Part shown: piece after piece, positions 9,428 to 15,943 of the stretch
Position numbering within the stretch: the stretch's first letter is position 1
Layout: each line of letters begins with the position of its first letter
Origin: Dehalococcoidia bacterium
Lineage (GTDB): Bacteria > Chloroflexota > Dehalococcoidia > Lucifugimonadales > UBA3495
Length of the DNA: 59,446 nt
Direction of reading: 5' to 3'
Assembly: GCA_022825745.1 (NCBI GenBank)
Contig: JAJDWF010000035.1
Span: 1-59,446, forward strand
Notes under the pieces: generated by a model
The model's database searches: none
What the model was told of the DNA's origin: nothing
The model's input: only the letters and a program-made list of their open reading frames with translations
Position numbers and translations under genes: made by a program

Positions 9428-9852
9428 TACCAAACTCCCAGATCAACCGGCCCGTCCTGCCGGAACGCCGCCTCAAACCGCACCGGCTCGCCGGCCTTGC
9501 TGCTGATGCGGTAGGACAGGCACACGAACCTCCCCGACACCCGGCGCTGGCCCGGCGCGTTGCCCACCGGCCCGTATTCCACCCGCACGGCGCGACCGAC
9601 CACGCCCGACAGCACGGCGTCCGGCCCCATGTCCGGCGTGTCGTCCCAACGCCCGGACAACGTGAACGCCTGCGCAGCCTCCGACCCGGCCACGGTTCGT
9701 ACCGCCGTGTCGTTCACACCGGTAACGTCGTGAGCCGCCAACTCGCGCCCCAGCGGCCCGACGCGCTCCACCCAAGGCGACAGGTCACGCAGCGCGCCGC
9801 CGGCGTCCTCCACCGCCACGTAGCTGTACCCGGCGCTGGCGTATCCGGTCAT
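9427..9852 (-). CDS. Phage tail-tube-like protein (141 aa)
   Basis: Size, position after the head-tail adaptor, and the HDVTG...FTLSGRWD...EYGPVG...SYRISS...VRFEA pattern. Confidence 0.55.
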   Translation of the reverse strand: MTGYASAGYSYVAVEDAGGALRDLSPWVERVGPLGRELAAHDVTGVNDTAVRTVAGSEAAQAFTLSGRWDDTPDMGPDAVLSGVVGRAVRVEYGPVGNAPGQRRVSGRFVCLSYRISSKAGEPVRFEAAFRQDGPVDLGVW

Positions 9853-9854
9853 GC

Positions 9855-10697
9855 TCACACCCCCAGCACGGCGTTGCGGCGGCGGTACGGGGCCAGCAGC
9901 GTGCGGACCGTGGGGGAGACGCCGCCAACGTCTCCCCCATCGCCCTCCGGCAGCGCGAAAGGTCCCGCCAACCTCTCGCGCCACCAGACGGCGGCCTGCA
10001 GCAGGCACGCTTCTGATACCCCCTTCGGGTACCGGTGAACCAGTATTGCCGACCCTGCGGCGTGCGCTGACCGCTCAGTTCCGTTGACCCCGCGCTGCGC
10101 CGTCAGCGTCAACTCACCCTGCCCATCGTCAGCTACGCCAGCGACGTACATCTGCTCGTCGTCGATGCGGACGGTGTGGCCGGCCGACAGCGTGGCGCCG
10201 GCGCCTGGAGCGGACACGGCAACCGTTTCATCGTCAGCCGCCGTGTTTCCATCCGTCCGCAAAGCGGTATCCTCCCGCACGTCGCCGTAGCCCCAAACCC
10301 CGCTCACCACCACGCCGGCCCGGCTCAGCGGGAACCGGCGACGCGCCCCCGACGCCAGCATGATGCGGGTGTAGGGTCGGCCGCCCGGCTCCGTGGGCGC
10401 GGCGTTCAGCGGATACAGCAGCCAGTCCGCCGCCGGCCAGCCGACCCACTCGCCCGAAGCTTCCCGCACGCGCACCTCGCTGGCCACAACCAGGTCCGGC
10501 ACCGTCAGCGACGCTTTGCCCGTACCGTCGAAACGACGCTCCCCGCGCATCGCGCCGAACTGCCGGCCGCAGTAGCCGTCAATCCAGCGGGACGCCGCCT
10601 CCAGCAGCGTCAGCAGCCGCCCGTCGTGAGCGTCATCGGGCGCGTTCAAAACCGATGCCGATTTCAACGTCGCCAGGTCCGCGTAAGCATTTGTCAT
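9855..10697 (-). CDS. Phage head-tail connector/adaptor (gp6/gp15-like) with inserted beta domain
   Basis: YADLATLK, LLEAASRWIDGYCGRQF, PKGVSEACL, LLAPYRR; immediately downstream of the capsid gene. Confidence 0.75.
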   Translation of the reverse strand: MTNAYADLATLKSASVLNAPDDAHDGRLLTLLEAASRWIDGYCGRQFGAMRGERRFDGTGKASLTVPDLVVASEVRVREASGEWVGWPAADWLLYPLNAAPTEPGGRPYTRIMLASGARRRFPLSRAGVVVSGVWGYGDVREDTALRTDGNTAADDETVAVSAPGAGATLSAGHTVRIDDEQMYVAGVADDGQGELTLTAQRGVNGTERSAHAAGSAILVHRYPKGVSEACLLQAAVWWRERLAGPFALPEGDGGDVGGVSPTVRTLLAPYRRRNAVLGV

Positions 10698-10716
10698 GCC
10701 ATCTTTCTCCGTAGGC

Positions 10717-10750
10717 TGTCATTGCGAGGAGCGACGCGGCAATCTCGTCG
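10717..10750. repeat. REP/RPE-like palindromic element (TGTCATTGCGAG...GGCAATCTCGTCG)
   Basis: Same 12- and 13-nt ends as the copy at 12133-12174. Confidence 0.7.
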
Positions 10751-10769
10751 AGGCCGCGCCGCGCCGTCG

Positions 10770-12101
10770 CTACACCGTGATGTTGTACTGCAACGCCGTG
10801 TGCGTCGCCGACGCCCGCGCGCCCGTCCGTTCCATGAACGCCAGCCTCATGCTCACCACCATGATGTTTTGACGCTTCTGGATGTCCCGCGTCGTCTCGA
10901 TCATCAGCTCCCGGCGGAACCCCAGACGCCACTGGGTCCGGTTCACCGCCAGCAGCCGGCCCTTGGTGTTGCCGTTGCCGCCGTCGGTCACCTTGCCGTC
11001 GGCGTCCGATTTCGCCATCTGCTCCGACACGATGACCGGGATGCCGTCCACCTGCGCCAGCTGACCGTTGAGCAGCGTGGCCTGCGGCCCCAGCTTGTCC
11101 AGCGTGCGGAACTCGTCGATGGCCAGCGACTTGATGTACGTGCCCACGTCGGCGACGTAGGCCAGCTCGGAGGGACGCACACCGTACTTGCCCAGCAGAC
11201 CCCGCGCTTCGTTGAACATATCGGCGCTGGGCGCGGCGGCGTGGTTGTTGGCCTGCCCGTCGTTGTCCACCAGCGGCAGGTGCAGCAGCCCGTCGAACCC
11301 CAGCAGCCAGTGCGCCTTGCCGCCCATGGACGCGCTGATGGTCGCGCCGTCGGCGTTGATGTTGTTCTGCGTCGTGCGGTCGGCGTTCAGCAGCACGTCG
11401 TCGATCACCTCAACGGCGTTGCGCACCAGCGTGCTCCGCACCTCGGCGGCCATGGCGATTACGGCGTCCTCGTCCAGCGTCAGCGACCATGGCACCTCGG
11501 CCACCAGCTCGTAGGCGGTCAGCGTCTGCCGCGCCGTGGTCAGCGCCGTTTCCGTGGTCGCGGTGTTCTCCACCCCCGGATACCACGCCACGTTGCCCAG
11601 TTGCAGCGGGATCTCAAAGGGGTTGGTGGGCATGTCCACCCGCGTGAACAGCGACGCGACGTGCGTGTCCACGTTGACGTCGGCCCACAGCGCCGCCGCC
11701 TCGCCGGTGGGGACCAGTTCGTCGCCGGCGCCGGCAGTGGTGCTGTCCATGGCGGCCTTCAGGTTCGCCTGCCAGTCGGACAGCAGGCGAGGGTTGCCGT
11801 CGCCGGGCTCCCGCTGCTGCGACGCCAGCACGCTGCGCACGCAGGCCAGGTCCAGCGCGTCCATGCCCTGGTACTTGCCGAATGGCACCCGGGGCCGCTC
11901 GCCGGGATTGCCATAACGCGCCAGCATCGCCTGCCGTTCACCGGCGCGCTGCTTTTCGGTAAGCTCGCCCACGGCGCGGCTGAGGCGGCCCAGCTCCTCC
12001 TGCAACGGCGGAATGTCCGCGTCCAGCCGCTGCCGGTAGAAATCCCGCGCCTCCGCCACTTCGTTCTTGATGGTTTCCAGTTCCCACGTTGAAAGCGTCA
12101 T
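10770..12101 (-). CDS. HK97-fold major capsid protein with N-terminal coiled-coil (delta) domain
   Basis: N-terminal heptad region, GDELVPT, PWSLTLDEDAVI, LLNGQLAQVDGIPVIVSEQM; directly downstream of an HK97 protease. Confidence 0.85.
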   Translation of the reverse strand: MTLSTWELETIKNEVAEARDFYRQRLDADIPPLQEELGRLSRAVGELTEKQRAGERQAMLARYGNPGERPRVPFGKYQGMDALDLACVRSVLASQQREPGDGNPRLLSDWQANLKAAMDSTTAGAGDELVPTGEAAALWADVNVDTHVASLFTRVDMPTNPFEIPLQLGNVAWYPGVENTATTETALTTARQTLTAYELVAEVPWSLTLDEDAVIAMAAEVRSTLVRNAVEVIDDVLLNADRTTQNNINADGATISASMGGKAHWLLGFDGLLHLPLVDNDGQANNHAAAPSADMFNEARGLLGKYGVRPSELAYVADVGTYIKSLAIDEFRTLDKLGPQATLLNGQLAQVDGIPVIVSEQMAKSDADGKVTDGGNGNTKGRLLAVNRTQWRLGFRRELMIETTRDIQKRQNIMVVSMRLAFMERTGARASATHTALQYNITV

Positions 12102-12132
12102 AAATTCTCAAACTCCTGCTCGTTAAGCGAAA

Positions 12133-12174
12133 TGTCATTGCGAGTCCGCCGGGGCGGACGTGGCAATCTCGTCG
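12133..12174. repeat. REP/RPE-like palindromic element, second copy
   Basis: TGTCATTGCGAG-TCCGCCGGGGCGGACG-TGGCAATCTCGTCG with an internal hairpin. Confidence 0.7.
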
Positions 12175-12179
12175 GAAAA

Positions 12180-12914
12180 TCAACTCCTCAGCCCCCGCAG
12201 CAACCCAACCACCTCCGCCGCTACGCCACCCCGGTGCGCAAGCAACGCGCCCCGGTTGGCCGGCACCGGCACCGCGCTGATCTCCAGCAACTCCTGCTCC
12301 AGGAACCGGATGCCCAGGAACGCGCCGGTGCGGGCATCCCGCCGTTCCTCGAACCGCAGCGGGCGGAACCCTACGGACACCCCCTGCTGGTAGCCCCGGC
12401 GGTACAGCCCCTCAACCTCCCGGGCGAACTCGGTGTCCGCAAACTCCAGGCGAGCCAATAGCGCGCCGCCGTCGCGCCACACCGATTGCGCCCGCCCGAT
12501 GGCCGGCCGGCGATAGTCATGGGCCCACAGCACCACCGGGTTCTCCCGGTAGGCGTCCAGCCGCCAGCCTTCCGGCGCAACGGTATCGCCGTGCCTGTCC
12601 ACCGCCCCCGTGGACGCTACGAACGTCAGCGTCTCCCCGTCCGCCTGCCGGTGGCGAGCCTGCCCTTCGACAGGCTCAGGGCGAGCGGCCATCCGTCCCT
12701 GGTGAGCGGCCTCGCGCTCACCGTGAGGAGTCTCCCGCTCATGGTGAGGAGTCTCCCGCTCATGGTGAGCCTGTCGAACCGCCGCCGGTTCCGCCAGCGT
12801 CCCCCACTTGCACACCATGGGCGCGTCGCCCATCCCGCAGGCGTAGACGGACAGCGCCCGCAACAACACCGCCCGGTCGTCCGCCAGGTCGGGCCACCGG
12901 CTCCCGTTCATCAT
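12180..12914 (-). CDS. HK97 family phage prohead protease
   Basis: FVASTGAVDRHGD, NPVVLWAHD, GVSVGF, LLEISAVPVPAN; AAGGAGG RBS before ATG 12914. Confidence 0.9.
   Translation of the reverse strand: MMNGSRWPDLADDRAVLLRALSVYACGMGDAPMVCKWGTLAEPAAVRQAHHERETPHHERETPHGEREAAHQGRMAARPEPVEGQARHRQADGETLTFVASTGAVDRHGDTVAPEGWRLDAYRENPVVLWAHDYRRPAIGRAQSVWRDGGALLARLEFADTEFAREVEGLYRRGYQQGVSVGFRPLRFEERRDARTGAFLGIRFLEQELLEISAVPVPANRGALLAHRGGVAAEVVGLLRGLRS
12663..12780. repeat. In-frame palindromic insertion in the protease gene (13-bp inverted repeat plus 2x21-bp tandem repeat)
   Basis: TTCGACAGGCTCA at 12666-12678 and TGAGCCTGTCGAA at 12766-12778; GTGAGGAGTCTCCCGCTCATG at 12723 and 12744. Confidence 0.8.
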
Positions 12915-13054
12915 CGCAACCTCCTTGCCTTGATCACATCGGATCTCGCGCCGGCGCGACGACGAATCGGCTGGGTAACAGCCGGCAAAAAGCCGGCGGA
13001 ACCGACCCGGCATCAGGTCAGTCCCACCGGCAGCTATGCTGATTGATTCAGTTC

Positions 13055-13084
13055 AGGCTAACGCGTGAGTTGCAGCAGTGTCAA
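13055..13084 (-). promoter_or_regulatory. Sigma70-like promoter for the capsid operon
   Basis: TTGACA-18 nt-TAGCCT on the minus strand, about 140 nt upstream of the protease ATG. Confidence 0.5.
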
Positions 13085-13110
13085 CGCCCGGATGTCACCG
13101 TGCAGCAAAA

Positions 13111-13140
13111 CATAGGGGCGAATAACAATCCGCCCCTATG
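13111..13140. repeat. GTAG-type REP-like hairpin (could also act as terminator of the VOC gene)
   Basis: CATAGGGGCG-AATAACAATC-CGCCCCTATG perfect 10-bp stem; related to 30271 and 55078. Confidence 0.7.
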
Positions 13141-13167
13141 ATGATCAACGGGTGTGGCGGACGGAGC

Positions 13168-13662
13168 TTAGTCGTCGTCGCCGACGGCCGCCGGTTCCGG
13201 CTCCTCGATGGGGTCGAGCTGCCAGGGGAAGTTCCCCTCGAACAGGAACCCGTCCTTGTTGCCCCATTCCGACTCCGGCGATTCGTAGTAGATCTCAATC
13301 TCGTTGTCGTCGGGGTCGTAGATGTACACGCCCATGGATATGCCGTGGTCGCCCAGCCTCTTGAACTTGACGCCGTGCTCCTTGCAGCGCTGGTACAGTT
13401 CCTTGAGGTCGCGGAACGAGTTCATCTGCCAGGCCATGTGCGCCATGCCCACCCGCCGGTCCTCGGGACCCGGCGCGTCCATGCCCAGCGGAATCAGCGC
13501 CAGCTCGTGGGACATGGTGGTGTCGGCGGACAGGAACGTCATCCCGCCCGGCCGGCCCGTCATCACGGTGAGGCCCAGCACGTTGGTGTAGAAATCAACG
13601 CTGCGCTCGATGTCGCGCACCTTGATGACCAGATGGCCCAACTGCTTCGGTGTGTAAGCCAT
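13168..13662 (-). CDS. VOC family (glyoxalase/extradiol dioxygenase-like) protein
   Basis: LGHLVIKVRDIERS, HELAL, HMAW, DHGISMGVYIYDPDDNEIE; GGAGG RBS. Confidence 0.9.
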   Translation of the reverse strand: MAYTPKQLGHLVIKVRDIERSVDFYTNVLGLTVMTGRPGGMTFLSADTTMSHELALIPLGMDAPGPEDRRVGMAHMAWQMNSFRDLKELYQRCKEHGVKFKRLGDHGISMGVYIYDPDDNEIEIYYESPESEWGNKDGFLFEGNFPWQLDPIEEPEPAAVGDDD

Positions 13663-13881
13663 GACAGTACCTCCCTGAATTCTATTGCGTGTGGCTGTCT
13701 TGCCGGCATTATATCGCAACCCGGCGCCTGCGCGCATTGCGACTTGCGTGAATTACGACTATTGAGGCAAACGCGCACCCATGTTATGTATTGCCGGATT
13801 TGCGCGGTTAGTATAATGTGCGGGCGCCGGCAGTTGGAGTTTCCGGGCCAATCTCAGCCACCGATTTCTGGCGAGTCGCTG

Positions 13882-15627
13882 ATGACGGAAATTACGCGAC
13901 ATACATCAACCCCCGGCCCTCCGCCACTCAACACGGCGATTCGCGACCCGTCGCCGCTGGTTGGGAGGCCTGGAGGCGAAGCCGAAGCCAACGGCTCCGG
14001 CCTCGTGTTCAAGCAGGCCACCGAGCCCTGGGAATTTGAAGAGATTTCCCAGTTGAACTACGCTTCTTTCGTCGAGGAAGTGCCCCAGCATCCCGTCAAT
14101 GACGACCGGACTCTGGTTGACCAGTTCCACGACGAAAACACGTACTTCATCTGCCGGCGTGGGCCGGAACTGCTGGGCATGATCTGCGTGCGCGACCGTC
14201 GCCCCTTCTCGCTGGACCAGAAACTCGGCCGCCTGGAGGACCACCTGCCCCAGGCCGAAGGCGCGAAACTCTGCGAGGTGCGTCTGCTGGCCGTGCGGCC
14301 CGAACTGCGCCGTACCCGGGTGCTCCCCGGCCTCCTCACCATGATGGCCCGCTACTGCCAGGAGGGCAGCTACGATTACGTGGTGATGTCGGGCCGGGTA
14401 TCCCAGCAGCCCCTGTACCGGCATATCGGGTTCATCCCGTTCGGTCCGGTGGTGGGCGATGAATCCGCTCCCTACCAGCCCATGTACCGGCCCGTCGGCA
14501 ACGTGGGAGTGGAGTTCGCCGGCAAGTTCCACCAGCGGGTTTCCGCGCCGCCCGGCGACCCGGTTATCCTCACCCCCGGCCCGGTGGCGATGCCCGATGC
14601 CGTGGTCCAGGCGTTCCAGCAGCCGCCGCTGTCCCACCGTTCTCCCGAGTTTCGTGATCTGATGCTTGGCGTCCGGCGCCGCCTGTGCGAACTGACGCGC
14701 GCGAACCACTGCGCGGTGATGGTCGGCTCGGGCACCATGGCCAACGACGTGGTGGCGGCGCAGTTGTCCCGTCTCAACACGCCCGGCACTATCGTCACCG
14801 CCGGCGAGTTCGGCGAACGGCTGCTCGACCACGCCGACCGCATGGGCCTGGAATACGTCGCGGTGCAGCACGAGTGGGGCGAGTCGCTGGACTACGACTG
14901 CATCAAGCGCGCGCTGGTGTCGAACCCGGGCGGCTGGCTCTGGGCGGTGCACTGCGAAACGTCCACGGGAGCGTTGGCCGACCTGTCCCGCCTGAAAGCA
15001 TTGTGCCGGAAGCACGACGTCAAGCTCGCTCTGGACTGCATCAGCAGCATCGCGGCGACCTCCGTTGACCTGCGCGACGTCTGGCTCGCCAGCGGGGCCA
15101 GCGGCAAGGGGTTGGCCGCCTACCCCGGCCTCGGGCTGGTTTTCTGCGAGCGGCCTCCCGCGCTCGATCCCGCCCTGCCCCGCTACCTGGACCTGGCCCT
15201 CCATTGCTCCGGGGCAAACGATGGCGCGGTGCCTTTCACCCTGTCGTCCAACCTGCTGGCGGCCCTGGCAGCCGGTTTGCAGCGCCAGACGCCGGAGTTG
15301 CTGGAGCAGATTGACCGGGATGGGCGCTGGCTGCGCGCGCAACTCCGCGACCTGGGCTTCAGCCTGGTGGCATCGGAAGGTGAAAGCATCGGCGCGGTAA
15401 CCACCATAGCGCTGCCCACCGGCCCTTCAACCAATCACACAATCGACTCGGAACGGATGGGTAACGCGCTGGCCGAACTGGGCTTTTACACCTCGTACGC
15501 CAGCAGCTACCTGCGCGAACGCAACTGGCTGCAAGTCTGCCTGATGGGAGAAGTAAGCCGCCCCCAGCTGGAGCGGCTCATCCCGGTGCTGGCGGCCCAA
15601 CTGGACGCGCTCACAAGGAGACAATAG
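13882..15627 (+). CDS. GNAT/N-acyl amino acid synthase-like domain fused to a class V PLP aminotransferase
   Basis: N-terminal FSLDQKL...CEVRLLAVRP...LYRHIGF; C-terminal LTPGPV, GSGT, VHCETSTG, LDCISS, SGKGL (PLP lysine). Confidence 0.8.
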   Translation: MTEITRHTSTPGPPPLNTAIRDPSPLVGRPGGEAEANGSGLVFKQATEPWEFEEISQLNYASFVEEVPQHPVNDDRTLVDQFHDENTYFICRRGPELLGMICVRDRRPFSLDQKLGRLEDHLPQAEGAKLCEVRLLAVRPELRRTRVLPGLLTMMARYCQEGSYDYVVMSGRVSQQPLYRHIGFIPFGPVVGDESAPYQPMYRPVGNVGVEFAGKFHQRVSAPPGDPVILTPGPVAMPDAVVQAFQQPPLSHRSPEFRDLMLGVRRRLCELTRANHCAVMVGSGTMANDVVAAQLSRLNTPGTIVTAGEFGERLLDHADRMGLEYVAVQHEWGESLDYDCIKRALVSNPGGWLWAVHCETSTGALADLSRLKALCRKHDVKLALDCISSIAATSVDLRDVWLASGASGKGLAAYPGLGLVFCERPPALDPALPRYLDLALHCSGANDGAVPFTLSSNLLAALAAGLQRQTPELLEQIDRDGRWLRAQLRDLGFSLVASEGESIGAVTTIALPTGPSTNHTIDSERMGNALAELGFYTSYASSYLRERNWLQVCLMGEVSRPQLERLIPVLAAQLDALTRRQ

Positions 15628-15629
15628 AT

Positions 15630-15857
15630 ATGAAACTGGCAATACTGCTACTACTGGCGTCCGTCGGATGTCTGCTTCTGGCAAACACCGTGCTGTTCCT
15701 CGGCCTGCAAGTGCTGGAAATGAACCAGTGGCAGGGCGCGGCGCTGGGCATCGCCATGTGGACGCTGGTAATAGCGACGCCCACGCTGGCCGTCCTCGGA
15801 ATCTGGCGCGGCGTCAAAGCCTTCAAAAACCGTCGCCGCGCCGCCCAACCGCGCTGA
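15630..15857 (+). CDS. Small two-TM membrane protein
   Basis: AAGGAG RBS, 2 nt after the fusion gene stop, two hydrophobic helices and a basic tail. Confidence 0.6.
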   Translation: MKLAILLLLASVGCLLLANTVLFLGLQVLEMNQWQGAALGIAMWTLVIATPTLAVLGIWRGVKAFKNRRRAAQPR

Positions 15858-15886
15858 GCAGCGCGCTAATTCAGCAGCGCACGGAT

Positions 15887-15912
15887 TAGGGGCGGGTTTG
15901 AAACCCGCCCCC
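15887..15912. repeat. REP-like hairpin between convergent genes
   Basis: GGGGCGGGTTT-G-AAACCCGCCCC palindrome. Confidence 0.65.
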
Positions 15913-15943
15913 GTTCGTCAAAGCGCCGGTGAACGACGGCTCG

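Noticed and set aside
10770-12101. Classical family 1/2 encapsulin
   Set aside because: It has a delta domain, maturation protease, adaptor and tail-like neighbours, which encapsulin operons lack.
12723-12780. Short tandem repeats as a CRISPR array
   Set aside because: Repeats are contiguous without unique spacers, and there are no cas genes.
7409-12914. Complete inducible prophage or phage satellite
   Set aside because: No integrase, repressor, primase/replication, terminase, portal or lysis genes, and no att repeats seen.
13138-13881. N-terminal 248 aa of the 829-aa ORF
   Set aside because: Overlaps the antisense VOC gene and its promoter; the real start is more likely ATG 13882 or later, after the TATAAT at 13812.
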